Of a stretch of 45,719 bases of DNA, positions 17,970-26,528 are shown one piece after another; position 1 is the stretch's first letter; each line of letters starts with the position of its first letter. Where the stretch lies: assembly GCA_019923655.1 (NCBI GenBank), contig JAHXGL010000003.1, positions 1-45,719 on the forward strand, given 5' to 3'. Source of the DNA: Candidatus Nealsonbacteria bacterium. GTDB taxonomy: Bacteria; Patescibacteriota; Minisyncoccia; Minisyncoccales; RBG-13-42-11. The notes beneath the pieces are model-generated. The model saw only the letters and a program-made list of their open reading frames with translations. It ran no database searches and was not told the origin of the DNA. Both the position numbers and the translations under genes were made by a program.

Positions 17970-18040
17970 TTGCGGGGGCCGGAATTGCACCGACGTCTCA
18001 AGGTTATGGGCCTCGCAAGATACTACTTCTCCACCCCGCG
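17970..18040 (-). tRNA. Initiator tRNA-fMet (anticodon CAT)
   Basis: The 5' CGCGGGG and 3' CCGGCCCCCGCAA ends match those of the E. coli initiator tRNA, giving the C1xA72 mismatch. Anticodon loop CCCATAA, short D-loop, unusual T-loop TGCAATT. Confidence 0.8.
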
Positions 18041-18058
18041 ATAATATTCTAACATAAT

Positions 18059-18595
18059 TTACAGCACTTGTAAATCAATCAGGGCTTTTTCGTAAATTAA
18101 CATTGCTTTCCTGGTTTCGTCTAAGCTTAATACATAGTCAGGATTATGAACAATATTATTCCGGATTTGATGAACTTCTCTTATCTGCTCAACATTGGGA
18201 AGAGTAATCTGATCTAATTGCTTTAATTTTTTTTCTAATGTCTCTCCGGGAAAACCTTTTTCTTCTAAAACATCTCCTAATAGGCTATCAGCTTCAATCA
18301 GGGCTAATTTATATTCAGATTCTTTCCCTGTTTCTATTCTGGATTGAATTTTCTTCCAGGTCTTTACATTCTTTTTAACTCCAAGCGGCCGATAAGTTAA
18401 GATCTCTATCATATCTTCTATTAAAAGAGCATTCAGCCAGGAACTCTTAGATAGAAAAAAAATAATAGCGCCTATAAATAATAAGGTAACCAAGATAAAG
18501 ATAAGTTTTAGAATTAGAACATATTCCGCAAATGGCGAAGGCAGAACAGTAATAAGCGAAATTATTTCATTTATGTCTATATTAAAAATTCTCAT
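18059..18595 (-). CDS. Membrane-anchored hypothetical protein
   Basis: 178 aa. One or two N-terminal TM segments are followed by a helical soluble domain. It overlaps the gatA stop by 14 nt. No family recognised. Confidence 0.55.
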   Translation of the reverse strand: MRIFNIDINEIISLITVLPSPFAEYVLILKLIFILVTLLFIGAIIFFLSKSSWLNALLIEDMIEILTYRPLGVKKNVKTWKKIQSRIETGKESEYKLALIEADSLLGDVLEEKGFPGETLEKKLKQLDQITLPNVEQIREVHQIRNNIVHNPDYVLSLDETRKAMLIYEKALIDLQVL

Positions 18596-20003
18596 TTAAG
18601 CGAGCAATTTCAAAAATTTTATCTTCTTCAAACCATTTGCCAATAATTTGCAAGCCAACCGGTAAATCCTTGACTTTGCCTATTGGCAGAGAAAGAGCTG
18701 GCAAGCCCGTTAAATTAACAGAAGCTGTATAAATATCAACCAGATACATAGAAAGAGGGTCCTTAATTTTTTCTCCAATTTTAAATGGTAAAAATGGTGA
18801 AACCGGAGCCATAATAATATCAACTTGTTTAAAAACTTTGGTAAAATCGGCTCTGACTAATTTCCTTACCTTTTGCGCTTTTAAGTAATATGCCTCATAA
18901 TAACCGGCTGACAAAGCATAGGTACCCAACATTATTCTTCTTTTCACTTCCGAGCCAAACCCTTCTTGCCTGCTATCTAAATAAACGCCTAATAAATCCT
19001 TTTCTTTTTTGGCTGAAAGCCCGTATTTTATTCCATCATATCTTGCCAAGTTTGCCGAGGCTTCCGAAGGATTAATAATATAGTAAGCTGGCAGAGCATA
19101 CTCTGTATGGGGCAAGCTTACTTGTTCAATCTTGGCTCCCATATCTTCATATTTTTTAATTGCCTTTCTTACCAGTTTTTCAATTTCAGGATCAATGCCT
19201 TTCACAAAATACTGGCTTGGCACTCCAATTTTTATGTTTTGAATTTTGAATCTTGAATCTTGAATCTTGAATCTTTTCTCTACACTTGTAGAGTCCATCT
19301 CATCTTTGCCAGATATGGCTTCAAATACTATTTTAGCGTCTTCTATTGTTTTTGTGATTGGACCAATCTGGTCTAAAGAAGAAGCAAAAGCAATCAAGCC
19401 ATACCGGGAAACCGCTCCATAGGTAGGTTTTAACCCGACTACTCCGCAAAAACAAGAAGGCAGGCGAACAGAACCACCGGTATCAGAACCCAAGGAATAG
19501 ATTGCCATATCAGCCGCTATTGCCGCAGCAGACCCCCCAGAAGAGCCGCCTGGTACCCGAGTTAAATCATAGGGATTTTTAGTCGGACCAAAAGCTGAAT
19601 TTTCAGTTGAAGAACCCATAGCAAATTCATCCATATTTGTTTTCCCTAAAATCACTGCTCCTTTCTCTTTAAGTTTCTTTGTTACAGTAGCATCATAAGG
19701 AGCAATATAATTTTCCAGAATTTTAGAACCAGCAGTACATTTGAGATTTTCAACCAAAATATTATCTTTTATTGCGCAAGGAAGACCGGCTAAAATTGAA
19801 ATTTCCCTGCCAGTTGAAATTAAACTATCAACTTTCTTTGCTTGAACTAAAGCTGATTTGGCAGCAATGGTCAAAAAAGCGAAAATCTCTTTGTTTTTTT
19901 CTTTAATTTTGTCTAAATAAGCCTGACAAAGTTCTGTTGCTGAAAATTCCTTTTTTATTAAACCCTGATGCGCTTGAGTAATAGTTAGATCTGTTAATTC
20001 CAT
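18582..20003 (-). CDS. gatA: Asp/Glu-tRNA amidotransferase subunit A
   Basis: 473 aa. Amidase signature present (GGSSGGSAAA, GSDTGGSVR). Confidence 0.95.
   Translation of the reverse strand: MELTDLTITQAHQGLIKKEFSATELCQAYLDKIKEKNKEIFAFLTIAAKSALVQAKKVDSLISTGREISILAGLPCAIKDNILVENLKCTAGSKILENYIAPYDATVTKKLKEKGAVILGKTNMDEFAMGSSTENSAFGPTKNPYDLTRVPGGSSGGSAAAIAADMAIYSLGSDTGGSVRLPSCFCGVVGLKPTYGAVSRYGLIAFASSLDQIGPITKTIEDAKIVFEAISGKDEMDSTSVEKRFKIQDSRFKIQNIKIGVPSQYFVKGIDPEIEKLVRKAIKKYEDMGAKIEQVSLPHTEYALPAYYIINPSEASANLARYDGIKYGLSAKKEKDLLGVYLDSRQEGFGSEVKRRIMLGTYALSAGYYEAYYLKAQKVRKLVRADFTKVFKQVDIIMAPVSPFLPFKIGEKIKDPLSMYLVDIYTASVNLTGLPALSLPIGKVKDLPVGLQIIGKWFEEDKIFEIARLNENF
19237..19271 (-). repeat. Heptanucleotide tandem repeat (T[T/C]TTGAA x5) inside gatA
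   Basis: ttttgaa ttttgaa tcttgaa tcttgaa tcttgaa read directly. It encodes RFKIQDSRFKIQNIK. Confidence 0.9.
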
Positions 20004-20010
20004 ATATATT

Positions 20011-20245
20011 AGGGTAAAGTCTGAAAAACGGACCTATTTGTTCGTAATTTAGCTTAAAGCATTAGAAGCTCAGCAATCAAGTTTCAAGTCACCGGCTGTT
20101 AAAATCCCAGCGAGATTTTACAGCCTGCGTTCTCGGCTTGTTGTCCCTCACTTTGTTCGGGAACCATGCCAACAAGCCTGCGAAAGCTGCCTTGAAACTT
20201 ATTGCCTCACTTCTGAAATCGGTCCGGGAAATCGAACTTTACCCT
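20011..20245. repeat. 235-nt structured, multi-copy intergenic element (MITE-like element or novel structured RNA) between gatC and gatA
   Basis: 10-bp terminal inverted repeat AGGGTAAAGT/ACTTTACCCT flanked by ATATT on both sides. Internal pairings: 20029-34/20221-26, about 30 nt of 20059-88 with 20191-220, hairpin 20094-106/20113-124, hairpin 20135-43/20170-78. A second copy lies at 1-56. Confidence 0.8.
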
Positions 20246-20248
20246 ATA

Positions 20249-20545
20249 TTATAAGATTGATTTTACTCTCAAATATTTGTTTTTTGTTTTTGGCGCTAAA
20301 TTTAATAGTTTTTCCCTATCTGTTAAAGTTTTAAAGGGAGCAGAGCTTTGTTCGTCTTTCCTCATTACATTTTCAAGCTTAATTAAATGGCTAGTTGACT
20401 CTACTTTTGAAATATTAACCTCTTTCAATTTTTCTATGTAATCCAAAATCTTCGAAAGCTCCCTCCGGAATTTCTCAATCTCTTTCTCGGTTAATCCAAG
20501 CCTAGCCAATTTTGCGATATGTTTTACTTCTTTTTTTTTGATCAT
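20249..20545 (-). CDS. gatC: Asp/Glu-tRNA amidotransferase subunit C
   Basis: 98 aa with a GatC-like N-terminus (VKHIAKLARLGLTEKEIEKF). Confidence 0.9.
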   Translation of the reverse strand: MIKKKEVKHIAKLARLGLTEKEIEKFRRELSKILDYIEKLKEVNISKVESTSHLIKLENVMRKDEQSSAPFKTLTDREKLLNLAPKTKNKYLRVKSIL

Positions 20546-20572
20546 TGAAAATTGATTGAAAATTGAAAATTC
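20544..20572. repeat. ATTGAAA heptamer repeats in the mreB-gatC spacer
   Basis: The tract attgaaaattgattgaaaattgaaaatt. It uses the same TTGAAA-type unit as the coding-region repeats. Confidence 0.7.
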
Positions 20573-20574
20573 TA

Positions 20575-21627
20575 TTACTTTGGTGGTTCCAAATATTCTG
20601 TTTCCACCAAAACCTCTTTTAGCTGATCAATACTTTCCAGAATCATTCCCGCCCCCCTAACCACGGCAGTCATTGGGTCTTCAATAGTTTTAACGGGAAT
20701 TTTTGTTTCTTTCTTAAGTAAAATATCCAGACCTTTTAGAAGCGAACCGCCCCCAACCAATTGAATCCCTGAAACCATTATGTCGGCTAGTAATTCCGGG
20801 GGAGTTTCTTCAATTGCTGTTTTAATTTCAACAACAATCTGTTTCACTGATTTCTCCAAAGCTTTCCTAATATCTTCATCAGAAACTAAAACCTCTTCAG
20901 GGAGACCGGTTATTAAGTTTCTTCCTCTTATCGGGAATTGTTTTTTTTCTTTTAACGGATATGCTGACCCGATTTCAATTTTGGCTTTCTCGGCTGTCCG
21001 CTCGCCAATTAATAATTTATACTCGCTCTGAGCAAATTGAATTATATCTTCATTAAGTTTGTCGCCAGCCACCCTTAGACTTTTAGCTAAGACTATTCCT
21101 CCTAAGGAAATTATTGCTATCTCAGTAGTTCCTCCGCCAATATCAACGATAAAATTCCCTCCTGGATTCTGAACAGGCAAACGAGCGCCAATAGCTGCCG
21201 CCATTGGCTCTTCAACTAAGAAAACTTCTCGGGCGCCGGCATTTTTAGCTGCGTCAACAACCGCTCTTTTTTCCACTTCAGTCACGCCCCAGGGTATTCC
21301 AATAATCACCCGCGGTCCCGGGGTTAAAAAAAATTTTCTTTTTTGCGCTTTCTCAATAAAATATCTAAGCATTTGTTCGGTTACTTCAAAGTCAGAAATC
21401 ACGCCTGAAACCAATGGCCGGGTCGCGACAATATAAGCCGGGGTCCGGCCAACCATTCTTTTCGCCTCATTGCCAATAGCTAGAACCTGACCGGTCTTTT
21501 TGTTTACAGCCACCACTGAAGGCTCGGTAAGGACTATTCCCCGACCCCGAACATAAACCAAAGAATTGGCTGTGCCCAGGTCAATGGCAATGTCTTCTGA
21601 AATATATGATAGAAGTTTGCTTAACAT
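20575..21627 (-). CDS. mreB: Rod shape-determining protein MreB (paralog 1)
   Basis: 350 aa. Actin-fold phosphate motifs present (DLGTANS, DIGGGTTE, GGGSLL). Confidence 0.93.
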   Translation of the reverse strand: MLSKLLSYISEDIAIDLGTANSLVYVRGRGIVLTEPSVVAVNKKTGQVLAIGNEAKRMVGRTPAYIVATRPLVSGVISDFEVTEQMLRYFIEKAQKRKFFLTPGPRVIIGIPWGVTEVEKRAVVDAAKNAGAREVFLVEEPMAAAIGARLPVQNPGGNFIVDIGGGTTEIAIISLGGIVLAKSLRVAGDKLNEDIIQFAQSEYKLLIGERTAEKAKIEIGSAYPLKEKKQFPIRGRNLITGLPEEVLVSDEDIRKALEKSVKQIVVEIKTAIEETPPELLADIMVSGIQLVGGGSLLKGLDILLKKETKIPVKTIEDPMTAVVRGAGMILESIDQLKEVLVETEYLEPPK

Positions 21628-21675
21628 AAGCGCTTCGCTAAATTAAAAGTGTAAAGTAACAAATGCAAATCAATA

Positions 21676-22944
21676 CTAAAAACATTTTTGTTTTGCATTT
21701 AGTGTTTTTAGTTTTTCGTTTAAGAATTGCGGCAAGTGTTTTATTTTCACAAACTCAATTTTTGGTCTGCCGCGTTTCTTTAATTCTATACAACCTTTCG
21801 CTAATGTCCTCTCACTTACCACAATTCGCCAGGGTATTCCAATTAAATCCGCTTCAACAAATTTGGTTCCAGCTGTTTTATCCTCTCTATTATCATATAA
21901 TACTTTAATCCCTTGTTTCTGTAAATCCTGATATAGTTTTTCTGTTTCTTTTTTTCTTCCCAAATCCAATAAATGAAGATCAAAAGGAGAAAGCTCTTTT
22001 GGCAAAATAATTCCCTTTTCATCATGATGGATTTCAATTACTGCTCCAAGCAAACGTCCAAGACCTATGCCATAACAGCCCATTAACACGAATTTTTCCA
22101 TGCCTTTGTTATCTCTAAACTTAAAATCAAACGCTTTACTGAACCTATCTTTTAGTTTAAAAATATTACCAACCTCAATTGATTTCTTAATTACTAATTT
22201 TTTGCCTTTGCATTTTGGACATTGATATTTTTCTTTTTGAATAATTTCTCTGTTTACCCCCAATTTACACTTTTGGCAAAGATATATCTCGTCCTCGCCA
22301 AACTCGGTTATTGTTTGAAACTCGTGAGAATACCCGCTAAAAGCGCCGCCGGAAGCCAAAGTTAAAAATGTTTGCCTTCCAATGCCGCATCTCTTGAAAA
22401 TTCTAAAATAGGCCTTTTTTACTTTGGTATAATATCTTTCCAGGTCCGTGTCGCTCTGATGAAAAGAATAAAGGTCTTTCATTATAAATTCTCTTCCCCT
22501 TAATAATCCTGATTTAGCTCGCAACTCATCGCGAAATTTATCCTGTATTTGATAAACAAAAACAGGCAAGTCTTTATAAGATTTAACAAATTTTTTAACC
22601 AAAGGAGTAATAACTTCTTCATGAGTCCAACCTAATCCAATCTCTTTCCCCTGCCGATTTTTTAGCTTAAACATTTCCGGGTACTGCCAACGCTCTGTTT
22701 TCTGCCAAATCTCTTTGGGATGAAGAACCGGTAAAAAAACTTCCTGGCAAGAGATGTTGTTCATTTCCTCGCGAATAATATTTTCAATTTTTTTTAACAC
22801 TCGCAGTCCCAAAGGCAGATAAGAATAAACTCCGGCCGTTAATTTATCAATAAAACCAGCTCTGATTAAAAGTTGAGCGTTAATACTTTTCTCGTCTTTT
22901 GGCGCCTCTTTTATTGTCTTTGTAAATAGTTGTGTTTGCTTCAC
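21676..22944 (-). CDS. proS: Prolyl-tRNA synthetase, short form without the INS editing domain
   Basis: 422 aa, GTG start. The N-terminus is ProRS-like (QLFTKTIKEAPKDEKSINAQLLIRAGFI), class II motifs are present, and a CxxC...CxxC insert (CQKCK...CPKCK) is seen. Confidence 0.9.
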   Translation of the reverse strand: MKQTQLFTKTIKEAPKDEKSINAQLLIRAGFIDKLTAGVYSYLPLGLRVLKKIENIIREEMNNISCQEVFLPVLHPKEIWQKTERWQYPEMFKLKNRQGKEIGLGWTHEEVITPLVKKFVKSYKDLPVFVYQIQDKFRDELRAKSGLLRGREFIMKDLYSFHQSDTDLERYYTKVKKAYFRIFKRCGIGRQTFLTLASGGAFSGYSHEFQTITEFGEDEIYLCQKCKLGVNREIIQKEKYQCPKCKGKKLVIKKSIEVGNIFKLKDRFSKAFDFKFRDNKGMEKFVLMGCYGIGLGRLLGAVIEIHHDEKGIILPKELSPFDLHLLDLGRKKETEKLYQDLQKQGIKVLYDNREDKTAGTKFVEADLIGIPWRIVVSERTLAKGCIELKKRGRPKIEFVKIKHLPQFLNEKLKTLNAKQKCF

Positions 22945-22967
22945 GCTAATTACTAAAAAACTAATTA

Positions 22968-24080
22968 CTAATATGCTAATCTGGGAATATCAATAAAGAT
23001 AGTAATATAAAGCATTAAACCTATTAAAAGAAAAAACGAAACAGCTGTAATGCCTTGTTCAATTTTTTGAGGAATAGGCTTGCCCCGCACCCCTTCAATT
23101 CCTAAAAAAATCAGCTTGCCGCCGTCAAGAGCGGGAATTGGCAAAAGATTAATTATGGCAAGATGAATAGCAATAATAGCTATGAACTTTAAAAAATAAA
23201 CAATTCCTAATTGGACTTTATCTCCAATTAAACTGAAAATTCCTACTGGCCCGGCCAGCTGAACTTCAGGAGCCAATGCTTGCCCCTGGACTAAATCCCT
23301 CAAAACCTGACCAGCTATTACAATAATAGTATATGTTAAATTAATAGTGGTCTCGGCTCCTTTAATTGAAGCTTGCCACCAAGGAAAAGATTTTTCAGCT
23401 GTTCTGACTAAAGCCACCCCCATTGCCCCCTCGCCTTCCGGCGGAGAAATTCTTGGGATTAAAGAAACATCAAAAAATTCTTCCCCTCTTTGAATTGTCA
23501 AAATAATCTCTTGACCCTGATGCGCCCTGGTAAAATCTTGAACCTGCCCTACTTTGTCAACTTTAATCTCCAAATCTTGAAATCTAAGGCTCTTAATTAT
23601 ATCGCCAGGTTTTAATCCAGCGGCTTGAGCCGGAGAACCAGGCGCTATTGTTAAAAAATCAGGTGCTGCCGGCAAAATCTGAACCTGTGGATTAATTAAT
23701 CTGTCGTTATATTCAGCGTCGGTAACCCATGTTCTAATGCCTATTCCAAAAACAATACTGAATAATATAGCGGCAATAATCCAAAACGCGACACACCCAG
23801 CAACAATAATTAAAGCTCTTTGCCAGACCGGTTTGCTCGTAAAACTTCGCTGATTTTTAATGTTTTCTTCTTCTCCATACATTTTAATAAAACCGCCAAA
23901 AGGAATGGCGTTTAGAGAAAAGATAGTCTCGCCAATTTTCCTGCCAAAGACACGCGGCGGCAAACCAAGGCCAAATTCTTCAACCTTAACCCCGAACTTT
24001 TTAGCCATTAAAAAATGCCCCAGTTCATGAGAAATGATTAACAGGCTAAATGTTATGACAATAATTATGATTTCTAACAT
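22968..24080 (-). CDS. rseP: Site-2 protease, M50 family (RseP-like)
   Basis: HELGH zinc motif in TM1, a PDZ-like central region and the NLLPIPALDGG motif. Confidence 0.92.
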   Translation of the reverse strand: MLEIIIIVITFSLLIISHELGHFLMAKKFGVKVEEFGLGLPPRVFGRKIGETIFSLNAIPFGGFIKMYGEEENIKNQRSFTSKPVWQRALIIVAGCVAFWIIAAILFSIVFGIGIRTWVTDAEYNDRLINPQVQILPAAPDFLTIAPGSPAQAAGLKPGDIIKSLRFQDLEIKVDKVGQVQDFTRAHQGQEIILTIQRGEEFFDVSLIPRISPPEGEGAMGVALVRTAEKSFPWWQASIKGAETTINLTYTIIVIAGQVLRDLVQGQALAPEVQLAGPVGIFSLIGDKVQLGIVYFLKFIAIIAIHLAIINLLPIPALDGGKLIFLGIEGVRGKPIPQKIEQGITAVSFFLLIGLMLYITIFIDIPRLAY

Positions 24081-24097
24081 ATTAGAAAGTAGAATCC

Positions 24098-24652
24098 CTA
24101 CTCCATTATTTCTTTCTTTTTTACTTCTGTTTTTTGTTCAATCTTCCCATTATATTCATCAATCAATTCCTGAAGCTTATCTTTGGCGCGAAACTTATCA
24201 TCTTCCCGAATCTCTCCTTGCTTAAATCTCTCCTGAATTTCTTCCCATGCCTCTTCCCTCCAATGTTTAACGGTAATCTTTGCTTGTTCTTGTTTTTCCG
24301 AAATAAGCTTGATTAGATTTTTCCGATATTCTTCGTTCAAAAGGGGTAAATATATTCTAATCTTTTCTTGGTCAACTACTGGATTTGCGCAAGTCCCTGT
24401 TTTTCTCAAAGCAGAGACAATCCCTTCAATATAAGAATTATCCCAGGGTTGGATTAAAATTTGTCTTGTTTCCGGAGTAGAAATGGCGGCTAATTGTTTT
24501 ATTGGAAATTTCTGTCCAAAACAATCAACTATTACATCTTCAACCAGGCTCGGCGAAGCCCTGCCAGTTCTTATTTTTGCCATTTCTTTTTCTAAAAAAA
24601 TAACCACTTTATCCAGTTCAGGCTTAATTTTATTGATAATTTCTTGATGCAT
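24098..24652 (-). CDS. frr: Ribosome recycling factor
   Basis: 184 aa with a typical RRF pattern (KIRTGRASPSL, IREDDKFRAKD). Its start overlaps the holB stop (TAATG). Confidence 0.95.
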   Translation of the reverse strand: MHQEIINKIKPELDKVVIFLEKEMAKIRTGRASPSLVEDVIVDCFGQKFPIKQLAAISTPETRQILIQPWDNSYIEGIVSALRKTGTCANPVVDQEKIRIYLPLLNEEYRKNLIKLISEKQEQAKITVKHWREEAWEEIQERFKQGEIREDDKFRAKDKLQELIDEYNGKIEQKTEVKKKEIME

Positions 24653-25509
24653 TATAACTCTAACACCAATACCTCCAGAGCTAATTTTGGATTGACATTG
24701 GTGGTTGAAATTAAAAAATTTGTATTTTCAATCTGTTTAATAATATCTTTAAGTTTACGAATCTCATTGGGGGTCTTTTGAAACGATATCAAGGCTTTTC
24801 TGAAATGTCTTAACCAAATCTCCAAAATCTCTTTTATATTTTGGCTTTCGGATAGTTTTTTAATGTACCGAAAACGGAAAGCCAGATTACTGCCAAGAAG
24901 ACTGATTAATTCTCCTACAATTTTCTTTTGGTTTTTTAATTTTTCAGAATCTAAAATAAAGTCTATGGCTAAACCCGGCTTACCAAAAGAAAGTTCAGTG
25001 ATTTCTTCTGCTTCTTTGTTTTTAATTCCTTGTTTTTTTAAATAAGTAATGATTTCGTTTTTCTTAACCGGGGAAAATTTTATTTTCTGAACCCTGGAAA
25101 GAATGGTTGAAACTAAAAGTTCGGGCATTTCCGTGATTAAAATTAAGAGCGCTCTGCCCCTTGGTTCTTCTAAGGTTTTCAAAAAACAATTTTGAGCTTC
25201 TTGGGTCAAAAGGTGGGCTTGATCTATAATTACTATTTTGAAAAAAGCAGAATGCGGTTTTAAGCACAGCCAACGATTTAATTCTCTTATTTTGGCAATC
25301 TGAATTACTGAATCTTGCGGTTCAATTAAAATTAAATCCGGCGCATTTTTTTTCAACAAAGGCTGTTTGTTAATTAATTTAACCAATTTCAAGGCAAAAG
25401 TTTTTTTTCCTATTTTTTCTTGACCAATAAACAGATAAGCCTGCGAGATTTTTTCCGCTTCAATTGCTCTTTTAAAAAAGCTCCATTGTTTTTGGTGGCC
25501 AATTAACAT
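24652..25509 (-). CDS. holB: DNA polymerase III delta-prime subunit
   Basis: 285 aa with a clamp-loader AAA+ pattern (AYLFIGQEKIGKKT, LKTLEEP). Confidence 0.85.
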   Translation of the reverse strand: MLIGHQKQWSFFKRAIEAEKISQAYLFIGQEKIGKKTFALKLVKLINKQPLLKKNAPDLILIEPQDSVIQIAKIRELNRWLCLKPHSAFFKIVIIDQAHLLTQEAQNCFLKTLEEPRGRALLILITEMPELLVSTILSRVQKIKFSPVKKNEIITYLKKQGIKNKEAEEITELSFGKPGLAIDFILDSEKLKNQKKIVGELISLLGSNLAFRFRYIKKLSESQNIKEILEIWLRHFRKALISFQKTPNEIRKLKDIIKQIENTNFLISTTNVNPKLALEVLVLEL

Positions 25510-26517
25510 CTATTTTTTCGCCATTATGCTTTTCTTGTAAACATCAAGGTTGTCAAGCGCTACTCCTGTGCCTTTAGCCACGCAAATTAAGGGATCTTCC
25601 GCTAAAAAACAAGGAACGCCAACTTCTTGAGAGATTCTCTCTGACATATTCCGCAATAAAGCGCCCCCTCCGGACAAAACCATTCCCTTATCAATTATAT
25701 CAGAAGACAACTCCGGCGGAGTGTTTCTTAAAACTATTTTTACCATCTGGATAATTTCCGATATTATATCAGAAATTGCTTCTGAAATTTCATTAGAAAA
25801 AATCTGAACGGTTCGGGGCAAACCTGAAACTAAATCCCGTCCCTTGATTTCCAAATTTCTTTCTTCTTTTTCGGAAAGAGCGGACCCGATTTTTATTTTT
25901 ATCTCTTCGGCTGCTTGCTCGCCAATGGCTAAATTATATCTTTTCTTAAGATAATCCGAAATAACCAAATCCATTTTATCACCGCCTATCCTGAGTGAAT
26001 TACAAGTAACTACGCCTCCCAAACATATTACCGCTGTTTCAGAAGTTCCGCCGCCAATATCAATAATCATATTGCCGGAACAGGAATTAATTGGAATACC
26101 TGCGCCAATAGCGGCTAAAATAGGCTCTTTGGCTAAATAGACTTGCTTGGCTCCGGCATTTATTCCAGCTTCAATTACCGCTCTTCTTTCAGTAGAAGTG
26201 ATGCCAGCAGGCACGCCAATCATTAATTCGGGCTTTAAAAAACGCCATTGTCCAAGCGCTTTATCTATAAAATATTTCAGCATGGCTTGAGTTATTCTAA
26301 AATTGGCAATCACTCCATCTTTAAGAGGTCTATAAATAACAATTGTATCCGGCGTTCTGCCAATCATTTCTTTTGCCTCTTTTCCAATAGCTAAAATTTT
26401 ATTTCCCTCAACACTTACCGCTACCACTGACGGCTCTTGTAAAACTACCCCTTTATTTGGAACAAAAACCAAAGAATTGCAAGTTCCTAAATCAATACCT
26501 ATTTTTGCGTTAAACAT
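25510..26517 (-). CDS. mreB: Rod shape-determining protein MreB (paralog 2)
   Basis: 335 aa. DLGTCNS, DIGGGTSE and GGGALL motifs present. It is clearly paralogous to the gene at 20575-21627. Confidence 0.92.
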   Translation of the reverse strand: MFNAKIGIDLGTCNSLVFVPNKGVVLQEPSVVAVSVEGNKILAIGKEAKEMIGRTPDTIVIYRPLKDGVIANFRITQAMLKYFIDKALGQWRFLKPELMIGVPAGITSTERRAVIEAGINAGAKQVYLAKEPILAAIGAGIPINSCSGNMIIDIGGGTSETAVICLGGVVTCNSLRIGGDKMDLVISDYLKKRYNLAIGEQAAEEIKIKIGSALSEKEERNLEIKGRDLVSGLPRTVQIFSNEISEAISDIISEIIQMVKIVLRNTPPELSSDIIDKGMVLSGGGALLRNMSERISQEVGVPCFLAEDPLICVAKGTGVALDNLDVYKKSIMAKK

Positions 26518-26528
26518 ATAAATATAGT

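Noticed and set aside
17658-17990. 110-aa minus-strand ORF in the ORF track
   Set aside because: It runs straight through the tRNA-Asp and tRNA-Met genes and the GC-rich palindromes. Its Arg/Gly/Pro-rich translation is what GC-rich structural RNA gives, so it is spurious.
20011-20245. Known housekeeping ncRNA (6S, SRP, RNase P, tmRNA) or self-cleaving ribozyme
   Set aside because: The element has at least two near-identical copies. I could not find the conserved cores (GGAAAGUCC for RNase P, the SRP domain IV motif, the tmRNA GGGG...tag ORF, or hammerhead CUGAUGA...GAAA). It is kept as an unknown structured repeat.
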